Of a stretch of DNA of 64,000 nt, positions 1 to 9,655 are shown piece by piece. Position 1 is the stretch's first letter. Every line of letters starts with the position of its first letter. Position numbers and translations under genes: made by a program. This DNA is from Promethearchaeota archaeon (lineage in GTDB: Archaea > Asgardarchaeota > Thorarchaeia > Thorarchaeales > Thorarchaeaceae). The stretch spans positions 61,729 through 125,728 of the forward strand of contig JBHLPF010000001.1 in assembly GCA_048939765.1 (NCBI GenBank). Reading direction: 5' to 3'. The notes under the pieces are model-generated. The model saw only the letters and a program-made list of their open reading frames with translations, had not been told where the DNA came from and made no database searches.

Positions 1-333
1 GTATCTAAGAGGAACAGTATCGGTATAGTTGATAATACGGACCTGTAATGCGTCATGTCCAATCGCCTCAACATACTTGGGATCTTCGATTTTGAGGATA
101 GTAACCAGTGCATTGTGGGCATTCTTAAGAAATGACTCAGGATCTTCTGTAGCGTCTGCCGTGAATTCATTATCAAAGCTGATAAGATCTTCAAAGTCTA
201 TGACTAATGAAGTTTCACCGTCAACAGACATCTCTTGTACTCTAGACCAATAGATTGGTTTGCCATTTTCGTCTTTGAAGGTACGAATGAACTCCTCGAA
301 CCTTCTTTCTTCAGTTTCCATTTCTGTTGTCAT
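1..333 (-). CDS. mcm: MCM replicative helicase, N-terminal part (runs off the window)
   Basis: Manual translation from ATG at 333: MTTEMETEERRFEEFIRTFKDENGKPIYWSRVQEMSVDGETSLVIDFEDL...VRIINYTDTVPLR, a typical MCM N-terminal domain; lies downstream of GINS23. Confidence 0.9.
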   Translation of the reverse strand, partial: MTTEMETEERRFEEFIRTFKDENGKPIYWSRVQEMSVDGETSLVIDFEDLISFDNEFTADATEDPESFLKNAHNALVTILKIEDPKYVEAIGHDALQVRIINYTDTVPLRY

Positions 334-471
334 GATTAGTCAGAACACTCCAGATGTAATCCTAATGATCTCACATGACTCTAACACTTTGTCTGTAGGG
401 GTCAGATATTAAAACCCGTTCTCGTTAGTTGTGAGTTTGCTTTTTAACTCTGTCAGAGCTTTCGGAATTCT

Positions 472-1074
472 TCAGACAATGGTCTTCTCTCTCACCATTT
501 CGCGCCAAGCAGAAAGCAGAGAGTAGAGTTCATCTGCAAGCCACCTCTCCTCTCGCGACATCCTCTTACGGTTATCCTGACTCACACCAGACTCTGGTTT
601 TGCAGCACGTATTATTTTGGACAAACGTGTTTCAGTTAGAATTCTGAGCATTGTGCCCATCTTCTTAATATCGGCATAACGACGCGGTTCCATTGAAGTC
701 TTGTCGCTTTGTAGCTGGCTCATCTTTCGGATGAGAGCAGAATAAAGCAGTTTGGGCCGTTCATTCTTTTTATCATACAGACTATGCAAGTTGGGTAGCT
801 TTCTCTCTTCATTATACAGATTTTGAAATTTCCGAAAGGAATCATAATCATCATCGGTATGCATATCAACAAAATCGTGTGCAATGAGCTTCTCGATTGC
901 CCAATTGGAAAGTTCCGTTGTATCTTCGGCTTTGAAAGGACCTAGTTTCTCTCCTCCAATCGTAATCTCTGGTACATCCTCACGAAAGATACACATACGG
1001 GTTTCGTTTAGAAACTGCATTGCAAATCGGTCTCTTACAATTTCGGAGTCGTGTTGAGAACTCATTGTACACAC
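472..1074 (-). CDS. GINS complex subunit, Gins23/Psf2-like
   Basis: N-terminal B-domain (LGPFKAEDTTELSNWAIEKL) and C-terminal RLSKII...MSREERWL motif; directly upstream of mcm. Confidence 0.8.
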   Translation of the reverse strand: MCTMSSQHDSEIVRDRFAMQFLNETRMCIFREDVPEITIGGEKLGPFKAEDTTELSNWAIEKLIAHDFVDMHTDDDYDSFRKFQNLYNEERKLPNLHSLYDKKNERPKLLYSALIRKMSQLQSDKTSMEPRRYADIKKMGTMLRILTETRLSKIIRAAKPESGVSQDNRKRMSREERWLADELYSLLSAWREMVREKTIV

Positions 1075-1261
1075 AATTATCGATTGATTGGCGTACCATA
1101 AGAACTTGTTCTAGAGTGCGAATTGCGGTGCTGCTTTTAGTCTAACATGAGTATTATCTAATTGGAGTTGAGCTTCTATTTCCAATTGGCTGATGCTTCC
1201 GGAGAAGCTTTTAAGAACAACAGAAGATTGTCACCGCAGCCTATGACTGGATGGGAACCAT

Positions 1262-2218
1262 ATGGATTTAGACCTCTGGACAGAAAAATACCGTCCCCCC
1301 ACACTCGGGGGAATTATTGGACAGGAATCGATTATTGAGAGTCTAACCAAATTCGTGGAAAACAGGAATGTACCACATTGTCTGTTCAGCGGACCTCCAG
1401 GTACAAGCAAGACCACCGCTGCAATGGCGATGGCAAGAGATCTCTTTGACGACACTTTTGATCGTAACTTCATGGAACTAAATGCAAGTGATGAGAGAGG
1501 CATTGATGTCGTCAGGAATCAGATAAAGAACTTCGCCCGGACCATGCCGGCGGGAGATGCTCCCTTCAAGATTCTGGTCCTAGATGAGGCGGACCATCTC
1601 ACTGCTGATGCTCAACATGCATTAAGACGGACGATGGAATCGTATGCAGGCTCATGCAGAATGATATTGATATGTAACTATTCGAGCAGAATAATTCCAC
1701 CAATTCAATCTAGATGTGCGATGTTCAGATTTGCCCGATTAAGTGATGACTCGATGGCTGAGAGAATCAAGTTCATTGCTAAAAAGGAGAAAGTTTCTGT
1801 CAATGTAAGTGGGACCAAAGCAATACTCTATCTCGCAGAGGGAGACATGCGGGCTGCTATCAACCTTCTTCAGGCATCTGCATCTGCAGGAGAAAAAGTG
1901 GATGATACAATAGTCTACTCGATAGCTGGAAGAGCAAACCCCAAAGCGATTAAGGAGATGCTAGACTCCGCTAATGTGAACTATGAGGACTCTCTGGAGA
2001 AACTTAGAGTACTCATCTATCAGCAAGGAGTGTCGCCAGTAGATTTGGCAAGGCAACTGCATAGAGAAGTGCTAAAGATGGATATGGCTGAGAATCAAAA
2101 GATGTTGATTCTTGAGAGGGCTGCAGAAGTTGAATTTCGAATAGGAGAAGGAGCAAGTGGAGAGGTCCAACTGAGTGCACTATTGGCGCATATAGGATTG
2201 GAACGGGGTAAATCATGA
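1262..2218 (+). CDS. rfcS: Replication factor C small subunit
   Basis: WTEKYRP, GPPGTSKTT, ELNASDERG, LDEADH, IQSRC. Confidence 0.97.
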   Translation: MDLDLWTEKYRPPTLGGIIGQESIIESLTKFVENRNVPHCLFSGPPGTSKTTAAMAMARDLFDDTFDRNFMELNASDERGIDVVRNQIKNFARTMPAGDAPFKILVLDEADHLTADAQHALRRTMESYAGSCRMILICNYSSRIIPPIQSRCAMFRFARLSDDSMAERIKFIAKKEKVSVNVSGTKAILYLAEGDMRAAINLLQASASAGEKVDDTIVYSIAGRANPKAIKEMLDSANVNYEDSLEKLRVLIYQQGVSPVDLARQLHREVLKMDMAENQKMLILERAAEVEFRIGEGASGEVQLSALLAHIGLERGKS

Positions 2219-3432
2219 AGAGCAAAAACCTGCCTTGGCCAGAACTCCACCGTCCCACGAGTCTTAAGCAGATGGCTGGTAATATCGATGCAATAGGAGA
2301 ACTGAGAAGGTGGATTCAGTCTTGGATTGATGGGACCCCAGGCAAGAGAGCTGCATTGTTGATTGGCCCTCCTGGTGTGGGAAAGACAGCTTCTGTTGGC
2401 GCACTATCTCATGACTACGACCTAGAACTGGTAGAGTTCAATTCGAGCGATAAACGAAACAAGGGAAGTATAGAGAACCAGGTGTGGAAAGCGGCGACGC
2501 AACAGACACTGGATGGTAGACTTCGTCTTCTCCTCTTAGACGAGGTAGATGGACTCTCCGGGACAAGCGACCGAGGAGGGGTGGGTGCAATTCTGAAAAT
2601 CGTCGAAGACACAGTACATCCCATTATAATGACTGCAAATGATCCAAACAGCCCACGCCTGAAGGATTTGTTTAAGGTCTGCAAGGTGTTCATGTTCGAC
2701 TCACTTGAAGCAAGTGACATGGTAGCTGTCATCAGAAAGATTGCAGCGGCACATGATTCTGTGTTCTCTGATGATGTGCTAGAAGGAATTGTTGATAGGG
2801 CTGGAGGCGACCTTCGAGCTGCAATAGCAGATCTTGAAACACTCTCTGTAAGCGGACGCACATCTGATATGGGACTGCCATCACGCGATGTGCGTCGTGA
2901 AGTCAGGGAAACCTTTGGACGACTGTTTATGACTACAGACCCAGAAACAGCCAAACGGGTCGTTTCAGAATTGGACATGGATTACAATCAACTGCTTCTA
3001 TGGCTTGAAGAGAATGTACATCTTCATCTTACAGCTCCGGAAGAACTGGACCAGGGTTTTGAATTTCTCTCGCTTGCTGATTTATCAATTGGACGAATTT
3101 GGAGGCGGCAAAACTGGAAATTGCTGGCCTATGTGTATGACTTTCTAGCAATTGGAATTTCCATGAGCAGAAAGGTGACACCATATAGGAAAGTTGAGTA
3201 TTCTCAGCCAGCTTGGCCAATGTTGATTTTCCGGGGGAATAGAAAATACGACAAGGAAGCAGACCTTTTCCGAAAACTCTCTGAAATCGCCTCAATTTCC
3301 ACAAGGAGAACGGCACCAGCTTATAGGAATGCAATAATGGAGATAGTCAGAAGAAATCCTCGATTGAAAGGAGTCTTCTCGGAGTGGCTAGAAGTCAAGA
3401 AGAGCTTCTTTGATGACAGAAGGCATTGCTGA
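2215..3432 (+). CDS. rfcL: Replication factor C large subunit
   Basis: WPELHRP, GPPGVGKT, EFNSSD, LDEVDG; ATGA overlap with rfcS. Confidence 0.93.
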   Translation: MKSKNLPWPELHRPTSLKQMAGNIDAIGELRRWIQSWIDGTPGKRAALLIGPPGVGKTASVGALSHDYDLELVEFNSSDKRNKGSIENQVWKAATQQTLDGRLRLLLLDEVDGLSGTSDRGGVGAILKIVEDTVHPIIMTANDPNSPRLKDLFKVCKVFMFDSLEASDMVAVIRKIAAAHDSVFSDDVLEGIVDRAGGDLRAAIADLETLSVSGRTSDMGLPSRDVRREVRETFGRLFMTTDPETAKRVVSELDMDYNQLLLWLEENVHLHLTAPEELDQGFEFLSLADLSIGRIWRRQNWKLLAYVYDFLAIGISMSRKVTPYRKVEYSQPAWPMLIFRGNRKYDKEADLFRKLSEIASISTRRTAPAYRNAIMEIVRRNPRLKGVFSEWLEVKKSFFDDRRHC

Positions 3433-4231
3433 GTGCACTTAGTGTACGTCTGGATCTCTTGAGATAATTCAAATGAACTCTCAACTGCTTTCGGACTCTT
3501 GAAATTGCATGCTTACTTGTGGTCATGCGAATTGGTATTGCTGTTTCCATGAGAACCAGGCATTCTGATGGAGCAGGCTCAATACCTCCTGGAATTGAGC
3601 TATGACCATTGAGATAATCTGAGAATGTCTGAATGTCCATGGCGCCAGTTCCAATCTGTTCAAGCAGCGATACTGTCTTTCTGATTAGCTTCCAAAGGAA
3701 GTTAGTGCCAAAGATGTCTAGAATAATGCCGTCATCCGACTTCAGAAGGCTTGCATTGATAATCGTGGCCCTAGTTGGTCTATCACCATTTGGTTTCGAA
3801 AGATGAGAAAAGTCGCGGGTTCCAGATAATAGCTGTATAGCAGTTCTCATCGTTTGTAGTTTCACATCGGGTGGATTCGTATCGAAATAGTATCTATAAT
3901 GTTTCATAAGCACGTCATATCGAGGATTGAAATTGGGTGGAGCTATGGCATAGGCCCATAATGCAATATCAGGTGGAAGGTATCTGTTTACTCTGTCTAT
4001 GTCAAGCTTCTTTTCCCCGCTTATCATTACGATTTGACCTATACTATGCACTCCTCGATCAGTACGGCCTGAGAATTGTACCGTCTGAGTAGTGTAGCTG
4101 GTTTCGCTCTTGGAGTCCCAATGATTCAACGCACTGATGAGTTCACCCTGTATAGTTTTGAGATTCGGCTGAAATTGGGACCCATGATAGGCATCCCCAA
4201 GATAGAAGAGACGTGCGATATAGGAGTGCAA
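3395..4231 (-). CDS. truA: tRNA pseudouridine(38-40) synthase
   Basis: YLGDAYHGSQFQP, SGRTDRGVHS, FLWKLIRK. Confidence 0.93.
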   Translation of the reverse strand: MHSYIARLFYLGDAYHGSQFQPNLKTIQGELISALNHWDSKSETSYTTQTVQFSGRTDRGVHSIGQIVMISGEKKLDIDRVNRYLPPDIALWAYAIAPPNFNPRYDVLMKHYRYYFDTNPPDVKLQTMRTAIQLLSGTRDFSHLSKPNGDRPTRATIINASLLKSDDGIILDIFGTNFLWKLIRKTVSLLEQIGTGAMDIQTFSDYLNGHSSIPGGIEPAPSECLVLMETAIPIRMTTSKHAISRVRKQLRVHLNYLKRSRRTLSALSNAFCHQRSSS

Positions 4232-4247
4232 TTAGCAGACCTCTTAG

Positions 4248-4541
4248 TCATGACTGCCAAAGTCCGAATAGGTTCCGTAACGCTCGTGCCCGGTGGTCCT
4301 CTATCCGATAGCGGTAGATTTTGATTCTCCCAAACATCTTTTCCTCGACTAGTCCTGATTTGATAAGTACCTCAAGATGCGATTTGGTCGAGCTATGATT
4401 CAAGGAAACTCTCCGGCAAAGTTCGGATATATTCAGCTCACTGGAAGTGGCTAGTTCTTTTATTATCTTGATTCTCCCTCTCGAAGAGAATAGTTCCTCT
4501 ATTGGCACTCGAAATCTGTCATCAGTATCAGTAGAAATCAT
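4248..4541 (-). CDS. ArsR-like winged-helix protein, co-oriented downstream of cdc6
   Basis: LFSSRGRIKII...LNISELCRRVSLNHSSTKSHLEVLIKSGLVEE wHTH pattern. Confidence 0.85.
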   Translation of the reverse strand: MISTDTDDRFRVPIEELFSSRGRIKIIKELATSSELNISELCRRVSLNHSSTKSHLEVLIKSGLVEEKMFGRIKIYRYRIEDHRARALRNLFGLWQS

Positions 4542-4552
4542 GAAACCCCCCT

Positions 4553-5746
4553 TCAGGTGAGTAAGTCGAGTAGATGTTGTTCCAACATATCAGCTGGTAC
4601 TTCAGAGAGACCTATCAAGGTTGTCTGACCTCTCTGGCCAGCACCAGAACGTTTTGTGTCCAAAAGCCCATGCGCATTTAGATCCTGTACCCATTCCCAG
4701 ATTTGAGTGTGTGCCCTTGGATCTTCGCCGTACTCCTCGCATATTGGACGGTACATCTCTTCGAGCTCACCCATTGTGATATATGCGCCTCGATTCATCC
4801 TGAGCTGTCTTGCAGCTGCCAGAAGAAGAAGCATATTCTGTCGAGGGAGAGTTGCGAACACCTCCTTCCTCAACTCGGGATGTATGTCTGCCTTGGCCTT
4901 ACGGGCAAAATCAGGAATCACCTTTCGGGAGCCTGTACTATCAGCCTGCTTCCCTGCGCGCCACAGGAGTTCGATTGCATAACGGGCGTCCCCCCATTCT
5001 GAGGCAATGTCGCAGATAATCTGCAGTGTTTCATCCATAACTGCATCCTTCTCGAATGCCATGTCTACTCGCTCCCTTAGAATATCATATAGTGCATCAG
5101 CTGCATATTGGTCAAAACGAAGTATGTTTCTTTGAAGTGTGCTCAATGTGCTTTGATCCAAGATACTCTCATCAAGGGGTATCTTTCTCCCCACTCCGAT
5201 TACAGACAGACGCTGAGGAGCATTCAACCGGTCATCCATCAGCCTAGTCAAATCATAGAGAATGTCAGCGCCTCGTTGTCTAATGAAATAGTCGAGCTCA
5301 TCAAGTATCAGTAGAAGGTATCTGTCTTCTTCATCAAGTACTTCGACAACCATCTGAAGAATTTCTTCAGGTGAATGGCCTCGTCGAGGAAACCTTGGTT
5401 TAAACTCCCTCAATATCCGCAGATACACAAGATAGGTGCTCTTGCTCACTCTACAGTTTATGTGCAGTTTGTGCAGTTGAATGCCACGTCGCGTAGCGGC
5501 CTTAACCATTTGATCCGCAAAACGCTTAGTCACAGCTGTCTTTCCAGTGCCTACTGGGCCCTCGATAATGAACTTCTGACTCGCGCGACCGGGCGAAGCA
5601 ATCAGTGTCTTGAAACTCTGGGCCAGCTTCCTCAACTCAGGCTCTCTATGCGGGAGAGTTTCTGGAACATAGTCGATGGATAGCAATTGCTCCGACTTGA
5701 ATACACTCCGTCGACTCAGTTCGTCTTCTACATAGTCATGCGTCAT
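4553..5746 (-). CDS. cdc6: Orc1/Cdc6 replication initiator
   Basis: DYVPETLPHRE, GPVGTGKT, HINC, LILDELD, GDARYAI, C-terminal wHTH. Confidence 0.96.
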   Translation of the reverse strand: MTHDYVEDELSRRSVFKSEQLLSIDYVPETLPHREPELRKLAQSFKTLIASPGRASQKFIIEGPVGTGKTAVTKRFADQMVKAATRRGIQLHKLHINCRVSKSTYLVYLRILREFKPRFPRRGHSPEEILQMVVEVLDEEDRYLLLILDELDYFIRQRGADILYDLTRLMDDRLNAPQRLSVIGVGRKIPLDESILDQSTLSTLQRNILRFDQYAADALYDILRERVDMAFEKDAVMDETLQIICDIASEWGDARYAIELLWRAGKQADSTGSRKVIPDFARKAKADIHPELRKEVFATLPRQNMLLLLAAARQLRMNRGAYITMGELEEMYRPICEEYGEDPRAHTQIWEWVQDLNAHGLLDTKRSGAGQRGQTTLIGLSEVPADMLEQHLLDLLT

Positions 5747-5847
5747 GAGTCATCCCGGTCCGAAATAGAAACAAATCAGCAACTTAAAAGAGTTGTGTGA
5801 ATTGTTCGATTAAATGTATGCGAGGAGTGGGGCTAGCCGAAAGTAAT

Positions 5848-5926
5848 AGTGGCGAGCTCGTTACTCAAGATCCATATCATCGTCGCTCTGGACTCATTGG
5901 GGTCATGGCAGTCATCACTCGCCGCT
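5848..5926 (-). ncRNA. Candidate box C/D guide sRNA for Cm34 of intron-containing pre-tRNA-Met
   Basis: Minus strand reads AGCGGCGA-GUGAUGA(C)-CUGCCAUGACCCCA-AUGA(D')-GUCCAGAGCGAC-GAUGA(C')-UAUGGAUCUUGAGUA-ACGA(D)-GC-UCGCCACU, with a terminal stem; both spacers are complementary to the pre-tRNA-Met at 52173-52346; D and D' boxes are degenerate. Confidence 0.6.
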
Positions 5927-5968
5927 CACAACTTGGTCTACTTGTCCTTAAGTCTGACGAAAAGAATG

Positions 5969-6072
5969 TGCGGCCGCCGGGATTGTCTCAACACACAGCA
6001 GTCGTATGTTGATTCGAACCCGGGTTGGAGGCTTGGGAGGCCTCCGTCCTAACCAAGCTAGACTACGGCCGC
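5969..6072 (-). tRNA. tRNA-Gly(CCC) with 30-nt T-loop intron (~5983-6012)
   Basis: GCGGCCG acceptor, GAGGC-CT-CCC-AA-GCCTC anticodon arm; removing the 30-nt hairpin insert restores GGGTTCGAATCCC. Confidence 0.92.
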
Positions 6073-6178
6073 TGAAGAGGCCATCCTTATGGTATATGAT
6101 AAAAGACTATCGGCAAAATGCTCCAAGTCAACGCTTATCAAGGACTTGTGGGACAGCCGCTCCTGAGGATTATCCTTC

Positions 6179-7315
6179 ATGGCCGGTCGCGATTCAACAA
6201 TCAACTTCTGGCAGGGGAATCAGGCATGCGCTGAAGCTGCAATTGCAGCAGGATGCCGGTTTTTCGCTGGCTATCCAATCACACCAGCTTCAGAGATAGC
6301 AGAAATCATGGCAGAGAATCTTCCAATTGTTGGAGGGACGTATCTCCAAATGGAGGACGAGATTGGTGCGATATCTGCGGTAATAGGTGCCTCATGGGGT
6401 GGCACTTTGTCAATGACAGCAACATCTGGCCCTGGCTTCAGTCTCATGCAGGAGAATATAGGATATGCAATTATGACTGAGACTCCTTGTGTCATTGTGG
6501 ATGTCCAACGTGCAGGACCCAGTACTGGGCAGGCGACAAAAGGAGCACAAGGAGATTTCCAGCAATCAAGATGGGGTACACATGGTGATGTCGAGAGCAT
6601 AGTATTATGTCCTAATTCTGCACAGGAAACATTCGAACTCACCTTGCGTGCCTTTCATCTCTCGGAGAAGCTTAGACATCCAGTGGTAATTCTTTCAGAT
6701 GAAATTGTGGGACATTCTCGGGAGAAGGTTGTTGCGAACACCAAGGAGGACCTAAGGGTTCAGCGAAGGTATGCAGAGCCTGGAATTCCTCCATTTGATG
6801 GCTTCAATAAGGATGGTTGGATAGAGATGCCAAGGTTCGGCGAGGGACATAACCTACTAGTCACTGGATCAACACATGACAAATATGGCTATCGAAGGAC
6901 CTCTGATCCCGAAGTACATGACAGACTGATTCGTCGAATCTCAGAGAAAATTCATAATGAACGTGCCTTTCTCACAGATGTGGTGGTTTCAGGTCAAGAG
7001 TCAGCTGAGTGGGGAATTATATCGTATGGGTGCACATCAAGATCGGTAGAGGAGTTGATTGCTAGAAGTTCAGGTGTCCCTCCTCTGAGATCACTACGAT
7101 TGAGAACTGCATGGCCATTTCCAGATTCTGAGATAAGAGAGTTCGCCAAATCAGTTGATCGATTGCTGGTGCCCGAGCTTAGTCTAGGACAGCTCTTCAG
7201 AGAGGTTTCAAGAGTAGTTAGCGACTCTGTCGACATGGTTTCACTAACTAAGATTGGCGGAGGATTGATGATTGAACCGGATGAAATCGTGGAAAGAATT
7301 AGGTCAGAGTCATAG
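6179..7315 (+). CDS. korA: 2-oxoacid:ferredoxin oxidoreductase alpha subunit
   Basis: GNQACAEAA, FAGYPITPASE, QMEDE, TATSGPG, QRAGPSTG. Confidence 0.93.
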   Translation: MAGRDSTINFWQGNQACAEAAIAAGCRFFAGYPITPASEIAEIMAENLPIVGGTYLQMEDEIGAISAVIGASWGGTLSMTATSGPGFSLMQENIGYAIMTETPCVIVDVQRAGPSTGQATKGAQGDFQQSRWGTHGDVESIVLCPNSAQETFELTLRAFHLSEKLRHPVVILSDEIVGHSREKVVANTKEDLRVQRRYAEPGIPPFDGFNKDGWIEMPRFGEGHNLLVTGSTHDKYGYRRTSDPEVHDRLIRRISEKIHNERAFLTDVVVSGQESAEWGIISYGCTSRSVEELIARSSGVPPLRSLRLRTAWPFPDSEIREFAKSVDRLLVPELSLGQLFREVSRVVSDSVDMVSLTKIGGGLMIEPDEIVERIRSES

Positions 7316-9042
7316 TCTGTAGATGAGGGAGATGTTGGTCCAGGAGGATTGGGGTTCCCAATGATTATCACAATACTAGTTCTCATCCAGATGGCCACGG
7401 GTTGTGAGATATTTGCTTCTTCGCACCAAGGGCTGCTTATGTAAAAATGAAGAATGTGTAATCCGGGATAGATATTGAGTAGGAAGGGGACTTCTATTGA
7501 TGATTTGACGTCTGCATTGTTGATTGTGAAAAAAGGTGTAAGCGCTGAATCAGCATAGATTCTCAAATCAATGAGCCCAACAATTTGACCGTTGTCATCT
7601 GTAGCATTGATATCTATCTGAGTAGTTTCCCCATAATAGACAAGACCAAGCTCTACATCAACATCAATGACTCCATGAATATTGATTTCCAAGTCAATTG
7701 AATCCTGAACACTGTACGCGCTTTCAAGCATTTCAATGGACATTATATGAGGGCCCAGTGATGTATTACTGCTGATAGGGAATGTTATCTCCGCTTGACT
7801 GTTTGCAGTGACTGATATGGTAGCATTGATTTCTCCAATTGAATCAAAGATTTCTATTGGGATAAGCTGGTCTTGTAGTGATGTGGAATTAATGCTTACA
7901 GTCAAGGTGACGTTGTTTCCTCGCGCGGTAGACCAAGTAGCATTTGTGGTTGAAAGATAGACAACATAAGGTGTAACGTCAATTATGACCGATTCAGATT
8001 CGTTTCGATAGAGAGGATTAACTGCTGTAAGATTCACAGAATAGAAACCTGGTTCCACAGTGATCGGTATTGATGCACTGTAGAGTCCGTTGCCAAGTTT
8101 GTTCATCGTACCCGAAGAAAATGTCGTGGTCCACAGAATCGAACTATCAGAAATCGGCTGACTGTCTTGTGTCTTCTGTTCTACCACTATGTCAGCTGAT
8201 TCGGTTTGACTGCCATCTGGTGTTTGACAATGAATTGATGGCGGTGTAGACAAGATTGTCAGATTGGAAACGGCCCTTGTTACCACAAGTGGAAAAGAAT
8301 TTGAGAAGGGAAGGAAGCTTTCCGTTCCATTGCCCGCTATCGTGACTGTGTAATCTCCAGGCGGACCAGTAGTGTCAGTCCAGTTAATCCTTAGTTCTCC
8401 GTCTGAGGAAGTTGTCGTATCAATTTGCAGTATTGAATCAGATGTGGAATTGAGAAGTGTGACTGTCACAGGGCTGTTTCTATATGGAATGGATTGGTTG
8501 AGTGCACTTGCAACTTTGAAGTCTAGGGTGGAATTTGTGTTGAATTCAATGTTCAACGGTGATAGTGGAAGAACATTAAGATGGCCCCTTGTTATATTCA
8601 CAACAACAGTATCTCCCTCGCCCTGTGAGTAGGAATCATAGATCTCCACGTTGAAAATCACAAAGGCTTGAGCACCATTTACTCCTGGTGAGGTGTCTTC
8701 TGGGAGGATAGTGTAGGATGAGTTGAAATGTCTTACATCAGTTGAGGGTGGGACGTAATAGAGGTCTGAGAATGCAGGCCCTTGATCGGTCACTACCGCA
8801 AAGGACACGTAACACCACCCATCTCCACTGAAATCAGCAATTAGCTCAGCAACCATGTTCATTGTTTCGCCGACCTCATACACTAGCTTGTCAGTTTCGA
8901 AGTAGTGGAATTCGAAGTAGAACGCAGAAACAGGTGCGACAAGACCGAATACAATACATGTGGAAACAATGACTGATGCTAGTGTCCTTTGGCTCAAGAA
9001 ACCCACCAAAACCCGGTCAGTATGTTGCCTAAAAAACAGCAC
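6994..9042 (-). CDS. Secreted/surface protein with tandem Ig-like beta-sandwich domains; C-terminus overlaps korA antisense
   Basis: N-terminal hydrophobic signal; Ser/Thr/Asn-rich beta repeats (TTTSSDGEL, PPGDYTVTI...FLPFS, PGFYSVNL, LGPHIM). Confidence 0.75.
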   Translation of the reverse strand: MLFFRQHTDRVLVGFLSQRTLASVIVSTCIVFGLVAPVSAFYFEFHYFETDKLVYEVGETMNMVAELIADFSGDGWCYVSFAVVTDQGPAFSDLYYVPPSTDVRHFNSSYTILPEDTSPGVNGAQAFVIFNVEIYDSYSQGEGDTVVVNITRGHLNVLPLSPLNIEFNTNSTLDFKVASALNQSIPYRNSPVTVTLLNSTSDSILQIDTTTSSDGELRINWTDTTGPPGDYTVTIAGNGTESFLPFSNSFPLVVTRAVSNLTILSTPPSIHCQTPDGSQTESADIVVEQKTQDSQPISDSSILWTTTFSSGTMNKLGNGLYSASIPITVEPGFYSVNLTAVNPLYRNESESVIIDVTPYVVYLSTTNATWSTARGNNVTLTVSINSTSLQDQLIPIEIFDSIGEINATISVTANSQAEITFPISSNTSLGPHIMSIEMLESAYSVQDSIDLEINIHGVIDVDVELGLVYYGETTQIDINATDDNGQIVGLIDLRIYADSALTPFFTINNADVKSSIEVPFLLNIYPGLHILHFYISSPWCEEANISQPVAIWMRTSIVIIIGNPNPPGPTSPSSTDYDSDLILSTISSGSIINPPPILVSETMSTESLTTLETSLKSCPRLSSGTSNRSTDLANSLISESGNGHAVLNRSDLRGGTPELLAINSSTDLDVHPYDIIPHSADS

Positions 9043-9110
9043 ACGAATAGAACGACAACTTTAATTCCAGACTGACTGCCAACCAAGCGCTGAAGAGAGA
9101 GCGTGAGAAT

Positions 9111-9476
9111 ATGGTAGTCAGGCTAAAGAATGCCACAGTTGACTCAATTGAAGACACTGAAACAAAGAGACTGAAAGTTGTCAGGATGATTGCCAAAGAG
9201 GAAGGAGCACGTATTTCATTGGAGCTTCCTGAAGCCCTGTCTGGTACAATAAAGCCAAGGGATGAAGTCACTGTTATATTTGATTCCAAACCAATCGCAC
9301 GAGGAAACAATGCTAAGCTATATGCAGAAGGCAAAGTGTTTCGAATAAGGAACGAGAATGGGATTGAGGTCACTGGCACCATAGGAGGGCTTAGAATGAC
9401 TCTTGACCTCAGTAATCCTACAGCTGCTCAACGAAAGACATTTGATCAAAAAAGATTCTTGATGGCTATAATCTGA
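9111..9476 (+). CDS. rpo8: RNA polymerase subunit Rpo8 (RpoG/RPB8-like OB fold)
   Basis: LYAEGKVF...TIGGLRM resembles RPB8 YVMxGKVY...SFGGLLM; 121 aa. Confidence 0.7.
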   Translation: MVVRLKNATVDSIEDTETKRLKVVRMIAKEEGARISLELPEALSGTIKPRDEVTVIFDSKPIARGNNAKLYAEGKVFRIRNENGIEVTGTIGGLRMTLDLSNPTAAQRKTFDQKRFLMAII

Positions 9477-9655
9477 GAAGGTCTTAGAGAATTCATCTAT
9501 ACAGAATAGTTTCGGGCATCTCTCTTTCTGTCAGTCCGGACTGCTGACATCCTCTATAAAGTACTGAGAATTTGCTCTGTAGTACAGTATGTTCTAAAGA
9601 ACGAACTGAATCCCTCCTGAAATCTAGTTAGGACCCGGGCCCATGCGTTATATGG

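Noticed and set aside
5755-5780. Mini-ORB-like TCCGAAATAGAAACAAA upstream of cdc6
   Set aside because: Weak match with no G-string and no partner or AT-rich unwinding element; insufficient to call an origin
5797-6299. Short ORFs around tRNA-Gly
   Set aside because: They overlap the tRNA and the candidate C/D RNA and have no protein motifs
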